Shown here: positions 1-11,957 of the stretch, in pieces
Position numbering within the stretch: the stretch's first letter is position 1
How the letters are laid out: every line of letters begins with the position of its first letter
Origin: Geosiphon pyriformis uo1
Lineage: Eukaryota; Fungi; Glomeromycota
DNA length: 64,000 bases
Direction of reading: 5' to 3'
NCBI GenBank assembly: GCA_016748015.1
Contig: JAAOMT010000046.1
Location: 186,001 to 250,000 of the forward strand
Position numbers and translations under genes: made by a program
Notes under the pieces: generated by a model
Told to the model about the DNA's origin: nothing
Seen by the model: the letters and a program-made list of their open reading frames with translations, nothing else
The model's database searches: none

Positions 1-575
1 CCTGTTGGTTCTCTGGTTGTGCTGGTTACCAAACTGCTGTCTACTCCACCAGCTGTGGACATAACATTAAGAAAAAGTGTGGTTGGTTTGGAAAGACAAG
101 TTAAAGCTATGATTGCTGTGGCTTTTATGTTGAATAGAGATGTTAAGTCTCTGACAAAAAAGTGTGATTGGATCTCCTTGGAAGATGTATCTAATAATAA
201 TAATATGGATAATAATGATAATAAAGTTAAAAACTTTTCAGTCTATAATGACACCTTTGATATGATCATGCAACTGTGAAAGGATCAGCCTCTTAGTATT
301 AAATCCAATCTTGATCAGACTGTTAAGTGAATGAGTGGTATGATTAAGAATAGTCATGAGCTTGTTAGCATTATGGGTAAGATATACGAGTTTGATATGT
401 TCAATACATTAGGTAGCAAAGGTAGTACTAGTGTGTAATTAAGGCTTTCTGCTTGTGGTTAGCTGCATTTTGTAATTTTGTATTATTGAATAAGCTGGCA
501 TTATAAAACTGCCACATTACTGTGGACTTAACTAATAAATAACTGGTGTGACTATATATTAACAAAAAAAAAAAA
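1..575 (+). mobile_element. 3' part of non-autonomous ORF1-only LINE-like element (H1), with 3' UTR and poly(A)
   Basis: Homologous to the reverse complement of 24967-25530. ORF ends ...GSKGSTSV* at ~438, followed by AATAAA and an A-tail at 564-575 abutting a Gypsy integrase fragment. Confidence 0.85.
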
Positions 576-886
576 TCTATACCAATTCTGTCAAATGGTT
601 GGCCAACAAAGATTGGAAAGATATTTTTCTTCTGGTTGGGTTTTCTTTTTCTTTAGCAGATATTACAGGTTTTAATGTACTTAATAATGGCTTTTCCTAA
701 AATAGACAAATAATAGCAAGCTAAAGTTTTCTGAATTGTTTTTGTTTTTCCAAAGTGTCTAGCTAATAGAACAGTATGCATGTTGTAAATCACAATTTCT
801 TTTTCTTCAAATCTAATAACTCTCTGAAGATGATTAAAATCTTTTCTATTTCTTTTATACAGTTGGTTCTTGTAAATCAAATACAA
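576..886 (-). pseudogene. Gypsy integrase fragment (HHCC zinc-binding region up to the first catalytic Asp)
   Basis: ORF 653-886 (MHT..LARHFGKTKT..KTCNIC) matches the integrase of the full copies, e.g. 31495-31805. Confidence 0.9.
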
Positions 887-889
887 TTA

Positions 890-2482
890 AAGAAGAAAAA
901 AACTCTTTTTCTCTTAATTTTCATAACCATGACTAGAGCTAAAAGTAAAAAAGTTGCAAACAGTACTTTTCCTATAGTAACTAATAAAGTTTCAACACAA
1001 AAAAGTCTCTCTGTTATTGAAGCAACTAGACAAAACATTCTGACTACATTTTTTTTAAAAAATATTAATGAAAAGCTGTTTTTAGTGACTTCTGGTTCAT
1101 TTTTTTACCTTTGGCTGGTGGTTCTTCTCCAGTCAAAGTTTTTTTCAAAAGACACACTTGGGTTAATTTTAGTGTTGTCTCTACTACTTCTAAAAGCCCA
1201 AAGATTTTTAATAACAAACCAGTTAACAAGCTGGTCTTTCCTACTCTCACAACTCCCATTACTACTATTACTACTACTGCTTCACAAATGATTATGAATG
1301 CAAAAAATTCCAAAAAACAGCAGCAGGCAGTCACAACTGCTATGGTCACACCAAACCACTTTGTGGTTTTAGATAAGATCTTGGATAAGATTTCCACAAC
1401 AACAGCCAGCTCTTTTTCTGATAAAAATGGCAACAACAATGGCATATCTCCAAGATCAACTACTGGCTGTGTTGCCTGATGTGTTACTCTCTAGCAGATC
1501 ATTGCCAATTCCAGAAACAAAACAGTTCATCATTTCAGATGATCTCAAAGATTAGACTGATCAGATGGAAATGGAATCAACTGTTCCTCCTCCAGTTTTT
1601 GGTGTTGTTAATGATGATGCTTGAGAAAATGTGAATGGTTATCAAAAATTCTCTGGTTAGATGACCTCCAATCTAGTATCTGGTGCTACATTTAAGATCA
1701 AGATGGCTTTGCTTAGTTCTTTGTTTCAGTTGCTGTCTGGTTGCATTGGGCTTAAGTCTGTTTTAAGAGATGCTGTTAAGTTGTTCTGTGTAGAATTTGC
1801 ATCTCAGAAGAGTCTAAATAGTGCCACCAAAGTGGCCATTGGTAATGAGGTTTTTTTGACCACTTTTAAGATTGCATGGTCTTCTGGTGTGGTCTTTGTT
1901 TCTTTTCTTTCTTTGTTGGTTGCACTTTATGATATGCTTTTGAGTATATCTTCTAATAACATCAAAACTGCTCTTGGCATTTTTGGTGTTGTCACTTCTG
2001 TTAAGTTAAAGCCTGCTGGCTTATGGCAATATGCTGTGGTTTATTTCAAAGACACTTCTTCTGCTGCTAATGCTCTTACTTACTGGTCTGTGCTGGTTAG
2101 AAAAAATAGTATTAGAATTCTCTCTGTTGTTAACCAAAATGATGTTATTTCTTCAAGAAATGCTTTTAAGGCTAAGTTGGTTAATTTTCTTTTTGGCTGT
2201 ACTGGCTTTGAGATAAATGATTTGGTCTTCCAAGTTGGTGGCTGTACATGTTTCATTCTTTACTCTCCTGAATTATACCAATGTTAATGCTTTGCTGTAG
2301 TTATTTTTGATTCTTTGGAATTTTTGAATGTTGCTGTGTCAAAAACTGGTATCTTGTATGGTTGCCATATTTGGTGAGAAACTCTTGGATGTTGCTGCTG
2401 CTACAGATGTCAAGACTTGAATTATTTGGCTGTGAACTGCAAGATGTCACTTTCTTTCTTACCCAAAATCTCTTTTAACACT
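890..2482 (+). mobile_element. 5' ~1.6 kb of non-autonomous ORF1-only element (H2), cut by a LINE insertion
   Basis: ATG at 929 (MTRAKSKKVAN). Contains an RRM-like region (ORF 1661-2287) and a degenerate zinc knuckle at ~2400-2440. Colinear with 25750-27340 (-). Ends at the poly(T) of LINE-a. Confidence 0.85.
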
Positions 2483-2624
2483 TTTTTTTTTTTTTGTTAA
2501 CATATAGCCATGCTGGTCTTTTATTAGTTTAGCCATACTTACAGAGCATGACTTTTTTATAAAGCCAACTCACTTAATAATTTAAATTACAAGATGTGGC
2601 TAATCACTAAGTGGTTATGCCTAA

Positions 2625-5600
2625 CTACATACTAGTATAACCAGAAAATCTATGGGATATCACACTACTACACAAAGTACTCTTACCACATAAAACATTA
2701 ATCAATATGTTATTACCCTATGTAAATAACTCACCTATTCTTACTATGTGTCTACTAGTATTCCTACCCCCATCTCTTGATGTATTATGTATGTTAGAGC
2801 CATCATATGAATTTCTCTTGACTCTATTATCAATATTCTTGGATTTTTTCCATTTAGTTTGCAATCTGCACCATTCTTCCCACAATTTATTCCTTGCCTG
2901 AGTAACTGTCCATTTACATATCTTAACTAATATGTTATTGTTAGTCTTTAGGTTGATGTTAGCAAAAGCATTGATCCTTCCAAATTGCTTATTGACCAAT
3001 CTTTTACATAGCATATCTATGTTGGATGATGACATAATGTATTCACTAGACAACACAATCTTCTCATTAGTGTTTAGGGCTTTTTGCCCACCTCCTACAG
3101 CCTGTAATAGGCACTGTATCCACTTATTTTTTACATCATTAATTAGTATCTTGCCCTCTTGGGTATTCAGAGAGCATTTCTAAAAGTGCTGGTTAGTTTC
3201 TACTTTCCTATGACATATTTTGCAAAGATTGTTTAGGTATACAAAGAGATATCAATTGTATAGCACCTTTGCTATTGGCAGCATGTTGTGAAATAATTTC
3301 ATAAAAAATGTATGCATTGTTGATGAACCAGCTGAGGTGAAGCCTAATGACATTTTACCATCTCAGTTCCAGATCTTGGTTGTGCACATTCAATCTATAT
3401 CTTGGTCAAAAGACACTATTGTCTCTTAGATTTTGTTATTGTCTATCCAATTCAAAGCTGCTTAAAAACTAATCTGTTTGTTCAGAAAATGTCTAATATT
3501 TAAATCCAATTCAACTCCTCTGCAAAAGGGAATATATGCAGTCTCATTAGCATTATAGATCCACTTCACAGTATCAAGAGTAGTAGACTCTTTGGCTAGT
3601 TTGTTAGCCTTCTCATTTTCCAATATACCAATATGAACAGCTACTTTGTTCATGTTGAGTTCAATCTTTTTTTCACTTATAATTGCTCTGATTGCATTCC
3701 ATGTGTGCCAGTTTGAAGTTTTGAGTTGGTTTCTAATAGACAGGGGAGAATTTTTGGACAATCATCTTTGAGCTGTTGCCATCACCACTTGACTATCCAT
3801 GTTTATTGTTAGTTTGCATCTATAAGGTACTGCTTTCAAGACCAACAATACAGCCTTTGCCTCTGTTTTCATTGATGATAATGTTTCATCAATTACTACA
3901 CCAAATTTGGCCTCTATTCCATGTGTTATGAAAGCAGCTGCTCTTCTTGCTTCCTTAGAACCAGCTCTTACTAATGAGCCATCTGTTGATATTTCAATTT
4001 CTTTTCTGAGTCTTAACTTCTCTCATACACTTCTTCATTGTGGTAGTAGAATGTCAGGGATGTGGATGTAAATAGTGTCTCTTTGCATTGTTTTCAAATC
4101 ATCTGGTATTAGGTTAGTCAGTTTGTATATTTCCACTGTCTTACATTGTGTTACATCAATGTTTCTGTACTCATCCATAATAATTGTAGACTCTAAAATC
4201 TTGAATCATCTGAGAATTCTACCACTATTATTTTGTCTGTACTTCCTTGTGAAGTCCATCCATGTCATCAATGACTCATCTTTGTTCTGTATCTAATACA
4301 AGTACAAAATGTTTTCCTTCCTTAGTAAGCTTCTAACTTTAATGTAGGTTTCATTTGAAGGTATAATAGACTCAATCAAGTATGCCTGTGGTCTTGAAAA
4401 TTCAGGTATTCCATGTGTGTTACCACTGTTTCTGAATGAGATGCCTCTTTTTTCTATTATCTGTATGATGTTTGCTATAAGATTAACCTCTGGCTTAGAT
4501 CATTTATTAGTGAGGTATTCAAGTACATTATAGGCTGACTATTTTTGTGCCTGTAAGTTGGCTAGTCTGATTTTTGTAGTTATTCCAACAATATCAGCAC
4601 TGTTCAATCTAATTAACAAATCTGTGATCTTGTTTTTTGCTTGTATGTCATCAATTTTGAACAAGTTATACAAGGATAAGTGATACATGACACTGGCTGG
4701 GAAATCAACTAAGAGTTTTGCCTTTTTCTTTACAGTGGCTGAAATTTTTGAAGTCCATTTCCTAGTCTAGCTATTAGGAATATGAGTCAACTAAGATCTG
4801 AATTCAATAGCTGGACTAAGTACACTGTTAAAAATGTAGATGATCTGTTTCTCAATTATGTGTTTTTTCCTAATAACTGCACACACTGCTTCAATGTCAG
4901 ATCCTATCATTTTTAGAATGGTTTCATTTTTTCTATCTGCTCTGATCCATACTCCCAAATATCGGATACATGTAGATGGATCCAACAATTTCAAGATTTG
5001 TTTGTCTGGACCAAATTTTAATGGCTCAACCATCAATAATTTCCCTTTGGAGAGTCTGACCACCATTGTTTCAGTCTTATCTAAGTTGATCTCAATATCT
5101 ACCATTCTAAAAAAGAAGTTGGCTGTGTTCAAAATACTTTGCATTCCTTGTCTTGAATTAGCTATCTACACTGTGTTATTAACAAAGGCAAGATGATTTA
5201 CTGATACTAACAGAGATTGTGTATTTAATTGATTATCCCACTTTTTCTACTCAGCTGTTAGTTTGTATCTCTGACTATAATTGGCTTGTTTTACTTTGTA
5301 CAGTAAGGGGTCATAAAAAATTCTCCACATAATAGGTGAGCTTGTTTCCCTCTGATCCAAACCATCTTGTACTTGATATTCATCACTTAACCCAAATTTA
5401 GTTATGATCCTATTGCTTCTATTGTTGTACATCAAGCCAAACAGCTCAGTAAATCTATAGTTCATCTTAATTCTCTTTAGTACAGCTTCCATGGGTTTCC
5501 ATCCCACTGAATCATATGTCTTTTTTATGTCCTGAAATGTAAACCAAGTCTCCTTATCAAATTCTCTTGCATGTTCAGCTACAGCATTAATTACATAAAT

Positions 5601-7423
5601 AGGTACTGCTGTGGAGGTATTCTTTAATACTGAAGTATTGTAACTTTTTAGGACATTGTGGAGTTCACATGCTTTTGATATTCTGGCAGTTAGAATCTTT
5701 GTTAAGATTTTTCTGGTGCTTTCAATGAGTGTGATTGGCCTGGTGATGTCAATATTGCCACCTTATTCTTTTGGCTTTGGAATCAGTATAATTTGTGCTA
5801 CTCTCCACTTCTCAGGCATGTTTGCTGCTTTAATGCAAGCATTAAGCAATGTTTTTAGTTTAAACTTGGTATTAGGCCCAGCCTTCCTCCAGAGTTCAGC
5901 TTGAATGCCTGATGAGCCAGGAGCTTTGTTATGGGGTGTGTGGCTCAATATGCGTTCAAATTCCTCATTTGTTATTTCATCTATTACACCATCAAAAGCA
6001 TGATCTGAAATGCTCTTAATCAGCTCAAATCTGTGTTCCCAACTTTTCCATAGGTCAGGCTCAAGAATTTTTGTTTTAGTCCACCCTTGGGCTTTTTTGT
6101 TAACTAGCTTTTTAATTTCATCAGGATCATCATGAAATTTGTCTTCTTCAATGACATGGTCTAGTACAATTTTTTGTCTTTTTCTGTTCATGATGCTTTT
6201 GATCATAGCTCCTTTGTTTAGATCAAAGTTTTGTTGTCTCCTAATGATATTGTCCACTATCTGTCTCTGCTATTGTAGCCTGATTCTAGCTCGCAGTGTT
6301 AATCTGTATTCTTTCTTAATTTTGAGTAATTCCATAATTAGCTTATCCTTTGGGAGAGTCATCAGATATGCATTAACTGTCTCAAGTTTCAGCTGTTTCC
6401 ATTTGGTCAACAACTGCATAATATTGTTATCATGTATATCTGCATTGTTTACTCTTATTAGTTTAATTATATCAGCAACAATCTTAACAAACTTGTAATC
6501 TATGCATTCTTTCTTTGTGTGTGCAGATTGGGCTCCTACTTTCCTTTTTGGTAGACACTCAGCAGCTTGTAACACAGTCTCCTTGATTGTAAGCCACATC
6601 TGGTTTAGATCATCATTGCTGTTATCTATTGATTTTTTTTGTGTTTTATCTATTAGTTGATCAGTTTCTCTAGCATAGATTTTTCATTGCATTCCAGATG
6701 CCTTTTTAGCATCAATTATAGTTGTGCTACATTTCTTTCTTCCAGATCTAGATTTTTTAGTACCTGCCAAGATTCTATTAGATCAGATGATTGTTATCAC
6801 TGCTTTGTGATCTGTGCTAAAAGATTTATTAACATTAATTACCCCAATGTTTGTAACCAGTGAGGCTGTAACTGCATCAGTAAACACATAGTTCAATTTT
6901 TTTTGTACTCTATTTGATGCCCATGTCTTTTCTGGATTGTTTGTTGCATATGCCTCATGTGTATCCACTAAATTTATATGTTGTAATGTTGTAGCAGTTG
7001 GACAAACTTTGGCTTTATTTGTAGCATATGTTTTCTCAAGTGACTTGGATGACAGATCTTTATTCAAATCGCCTGCAACTATGATTATCTCTTTGTTTTG
7101 CACAATGTCTTCCAAAAGTTTCCTAATTTTTTTAGCCACTGCTCTCTCAGTAGGCGATTTGGAAGCAGACATGTACAGTCCTACTATATGTACACTAACT
7201 TTTCCTCTAAATTTTAACCAAAAAATACATTCTTTTCTTTTGTTGGAGTCATTTTAGTTTCTGTAACAATTACAAAGTCAAATTGTTCCTTAATAACCCA
7301 ACATATCACCTCTTCAGCTTTACCAGGATTATTAAGCCCTCTAATATTAACAGTACCAATTTTCCAAGTGTTGTTATTGGAGTAGTTCTGTTCTATGTTG
7401 AAATCAGGTGTGCTACACATCAT
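2625..7423 (-). pseudogene. LINE ORF2: APE endonuclease - RT - RNase H - C-terminal Cys/His finger (disrupted)
   Basis: EN motifs IGTVNIRG, TETK, AGDLN, STDHKAV. RT motifs KAPGSSG, LIPK, GLDQ.ETSSP, RYLG. RNase H motifs TDGS and KVAVH.G..ENEKANKLAK. Many stops and an EN deletion at ~7215. Confidence 0.92.
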
Positions 7424-9688
7424 CTGTTTCCATGGTTTTAGATTCTCCAACAGTAGAACTGCTTCAGTTACTCTGTTTTTTTACTTGCTTCAATAATTCC
7501 AGAATGGATTCCAAGGTTTTTTTAATTTCTTTGATTTCCAATTCTGGATTGTATGTCTCTTTTTTCCCTGCTGGGGTAGATTTAAATGTAGTACTTCAGC
7601 TTAGTAACCCAATTTTTACCACTTCTTTTTCTTCTGAAGTGTCACTTGGCTGTTGAGTAACTATTAATTTTTTTCTTTTTTCTAATGTCACTCCAAGTTT
7701 GGCAGCAACTGCATTCAGCAGTTTTGTCATTTCATCAACCTGCTGTCTCAATTCATTAATTTCAGCCTTCTATAATTGGTTGACTCTTTTTTTTAATTGT
7801 TCTTCTCTATTGTTCCCTTGTGTACCAGGTTTCTGAATATTGTTTGGATTGGTGTTATTTTGGTTATGGGACAGTCTAAGTATGGCCATATTAGCATATA
7901 ATCTTCTACCAAAGGCTTTGATGTTTTTCTCTGGAACATTCCTCTTAACATACAGTTTTGCTAACCTAATATTGTTGGTAACTTTCTTGGTATCTCCTTC
8001 TTTCTTCTTATGCAGAATTGGACATTTTGAGACCAAATGCTCTACCTGGTAACAGAAGTGGCACTCTTTAGCATTAGTTGGCACCCAGTGGACCATTGTG
8101 TCATCAATTACCAAAGGCTTTTTGGTGGCATTGTTGTGGCTAGCTTTACTGTCAAATCCTATGTAAACACAGTCCATTTTTGTATAATTTTTACTAGTTC
8201 TTGGAATAAAGCAAGACTGGGCTTTGATTTGATCTAAAGTGGTGCTCAAATAATGAACAGTATAGTTTTGTGGTAGACCTACCAATTTAGCTTTCCAGGT
8301 TTTTCTCTGCTCAATGATTTTTTGGGTTCCAACCATTGAGTAAATTCTGACTGCATTTTTTCTGACCATAGTTGACCATTGATCTACAGCTCTTGTTGCT
8401 TCTTCTTGGTTGTTATATTCAACCACTGCTGATTGCCATTTGCCGGCTACTCTGATTTGGATATTTTTGACCTTACCAAATTCTTTTATGGCAGCCCCCA
8501 CCTCTCTGTCAGAGATGCCCAAGAGAATATCTCTCACCAGGACCTTTTTTTGACCAGCCATTTGGATGTTAACACCATTAGTAACCATCAAAAATGATTC
8601 AATATTATTATTTGCCAAGATTTCTCTGGCTTGGTCTTTTCCAGCCACTTGGGAAAAATCAATCCTAATTTCTTGGTTTCTAGCCATTACAGCCCTCAAA
8701 AGGTACTTAACATCTTTCAAGAGATCATAAATTCACCCCACTTTCTTTCCCATAATCTTTTCAGATATATCTAATGCCTGCACAAAAAGTACATGCCTTT
8801 TGGTTCCATGGACTATCATTCTCTATCCTTTCTCCTGGTTTGCTTCCATAAGCATGGGTTTTTTGCCAAGTGATTTACTAGTGTATTGGCCTGGACTTGG
8901 ACTAGCCATTCTACTTGATAGACTTGATTCTGAGTTTTCCATGTCTTCTGCAGCATCATCCATATTAGGCTTATCTCTGTTGGTGTCAAATGGATTGTTC
9001 ATTTGCTCAATATTTTCTATCGCAGAATTTTTTCTGTTGATCTTATCCAAAATATCAGGATTGCACTTTCTCAAAGCTGCTTCTATTTGTGCAGCTCTTT
9101 TCCTGTCTTTTTTAAGTGTTTTGGATGGTTTATCCATTTTTTCAGGGACTTTGAGGCTCTTTTTTCACCAGTCCAGGCTTCTATTTGAAATTTGTTGCTG
9201 TTTCCACCTTTGTTAAACATCAGTTGCAAAACAAAATTGTTGGTTTGAACAGATGTGGTTTCAGGTGAGTTTTCTTTAGATATTTGGTTGAATTTTTCAG
9301 TTAGTCTTTTTACACTTATTCTTCCAATGTGTCTGTATTTTTTGTTGGCCTTTTTCTCTAATCAGTTAGCTGTTATTGGAGAAAAGTCTGCTGCTCTCCT
9401 ATGTGGAGCTGTTCTTTTTGATGTGTTAGCTATTCTAAAGGATGTATCGTCTCTATTACTTGTGTTTACACTTCCAAGTGGTCTATTGGTAGTTTTAAAT
9501 CTGAATGGAGACATAATAAATCTTGCAGTTTCCACAGTTAATGAGTTTCATGGAATAATGTTACTGTCTTCTCTTTCAGCAGTGGAAGTTATGTTTCCCT
9601 CCACTTGGTATTCACTATCAATAGTCTCTACACTTGTACTTCTTTGCATGACTGGTATCACTTCCCTGTTAATGTTGTTATCAGACAC
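7413..9688 (-). pseudogene. LINE ORF1 (low-complexity N-terminus, RRM-like domains, CCHC knuckle, coiled coil)
   Basis: ORF 7770-8720 shows RRM-like VRDI.LG..EFGKVK..AVVEY and CHFCYQVEHLVSKC. Ends ..METDDV*. Confidence 0.88.
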
Positions 9689-9727
9689 TTTTAAGTTTGT
9701 TGTGATAATAATAATAATATATTATAA

Positions 9728-10440
9728 TGTTATGGTTGAAACCTATACTTCTTATTAATTATCACATGTATTAGCCATTGATGTCATATGATTAGCCACA
9801 CTATTTTTAGAAAGTGATTATTGATCTGATCAATGACCTGACCGTTGATCTGATCAATGATCTGATCAATAACCTGATCATTGACCTGATCATTGATCTG
9901 ATTATTGACTACTTTTGGTAGCAATATAAGTGATAAATCTCTTAGCTGTAGAAAAGTATGTAATAACAAGCATCTGAATAATCAAAAATAAATAAAATAA
10001 CAACTTTCATCTCAATCCTTCTCTTATCACTAATTTTTTTTTCCCTATCTTCAAGTATTTGAACATCTTAAAGATAAAAGATTACTTGTTGGCCTTTTCC
10101 TGACATATATAATTGTAGCATTTAAAAATTATTTGAATAAACATGATTAAAAAGCAGAAGTTGATATCTGATATTGAATTCTAAGAGCGCCGATGTGAAG
10201 CATAGAATTATACCAGTGGTGATTAATTATTGACAGTATAGACTATTCCTCTACTTTCAGATTCCCCAGTTACCTTTGAAAAGAATAACGACTGAGATAT
10301 TTTATGAGACTGATCTTGCACATTGAATCCATACTCATTCAATTTGCTCTTTAAAGTTGAATTCCCCTTTGGTTATTTTGATCACCCTACAATCCTGTTC
10401 TCTCTTGCTATCTGTTAGCTTGTTACTCCAACCCATAACA
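9728..10440 (+). repeat. Gypsy LTR (subfamily A), recombinant solo LTR without TSD
   Basis: Runs TGTTATGGTTGAAAC...CCAACCCATAACA. Left flank is LINE 5' UTR; right flank is Gypsy integrase. Confidence 0.92.
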
Positions 10441-11957
10441 GTAATAAATTTTCTAACCAGTAAAAAGGACCCTTTATAGTTAACAAAGTTTTAAACAATG
10501 GTTTTTATATTCTTCAAGATTAATTTAGAACAATTCTCAATGATTATTCTGTTCATGATACATGACTCAAAAAATATTATAAACAACCTGATTGGTTGCC
10601 TTTTGTGGTAATACCAATCCAAATAATCAGCAAAAATCAAGTATAAATAAACACACCATTCCCAAAACAGAGGTATCTTCAATCAACATGAACAATTATT
10701 TCTTAAATCAAAACATTCAAAATGCTTTCTATACTCTCCATGAATACTGAATCAAAAATTATCCAAATGCTACTCTGACTATTGGAAAACAAACCATCAT
10801 AACTGATAACAGTAGAACACATACTGTTATTAGACCAAAGAAAACTACTACCAGAAGAAAAAAAATTGGTAGCTAAATGAATAAGTATTTGCTAGAAAGC
10901 ATAACAGCAGCAATACTTATATTTTCCATAACAATTGGAAAAACGATTAAAGAAATCTTGCCCATAGACAAAAACTTGTCATATGAAAGGCAACTAAAAC
11001 TCTATAGTCATCTTGGTGAAATCATAGAAGAAATGAAGCTCATGAAAAAAACAATTTCAGAGATACAAATGGAAATTTTGGGCATTATACATTTAGATGT
11101 TTCAAGAGTTTTGACCATTGTAAGAAGAGCAAAAACTCTTATACAAAGATTTGGTTTCATGGATACAAAGCTTATTTTGTCTCAAGTACTATACACTCTA
11201 TCCACAAAAGACTTTAACAAATTAGTTAGTTTTGAGTTAGACAAAACCCTTCAATTAGAATATCTTATAAATAGCTTGATTTTGCTGGAGCTCAATCTTT
11301 TTGGAGAGGATGATGTTATGGTTGAAACTCATAATTTTTATTAGTTATCATATGTATTAGCCACTGATGTTATATAATTAGCCACTCTATTTTTAGATAG
11401 TGATCATTGACCTGATCAATGACTTGACCATTGACCACTTTCATTAGCTATATAAGTAATAAGTCTTTTAGCTGTAAAAAATCATCTTTCAGACAAGAAT
11501 CAAATAAATAAAAATAACAACTTTCATCTCAATTACTCTCTTATCGCTAATTTCTCTTTCCCTACTTTCAAGTATTCAAACATTTTATGATAAAAAATTA
11601 CTTGTTGGCCTTTTCCTGTTTGAATAATTGTAGTATTTGAAGACTATTTGTATAAACATGACTGAAGAGCACAAGTTGATACCTGATATTAAATTCTAAA
11701 AGTGTCGACGTGAAGACATAGAATTAATACCAGTGGTGATCAATTGTTGATAGTACAGACTATTCCTCTACCTTCAGATTCTCTTGTTACCTTTTGAAAA
11801 AAATAGTGACTAAGATATTTTATGAGACTGATCTTGCACATTGAATCCATACTCATTTAATTTGCTCATTAAAGTTGAATCCCCTTTGATTATTTTCATC
11901 ACCCTACAATCCTGTTTTCTTTTGCTATCTGTTAGCTTGTTACTCCAACCCATAACA
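10441..11957 (+). mobile_element. Gypsy 3' fragment: end of integrase, ORF3, PPT and 3' LTR (11314-11957)
   Basis: ORF3 remnant at 10688-11344, then GGAGAGGATGA followed by TGTTATGG. Confidence 0.9.

Larger units (their letters stand above)
2483..9727 (-). mobile_element. Near full-length LINE (LINE-a), degenerate
   Basis: Poly(T) at 2483-2495, then 3' UTR, ORF2 and ORF1 remnants. The 5' UTR is cut by the LTR at 9728. Colinear with the + strand copies. Confidence 0.95.

Noticed and set aside
9255-9758. Hydrophobic antisense ORFs (also 776-1291, 8800-9216, 26768-27352, 28263-28886, 49891-50427)
   Set aside because: Shadow or alternative frames of compositionally biased TE genes, with no consistent starts and no recognisable domains.
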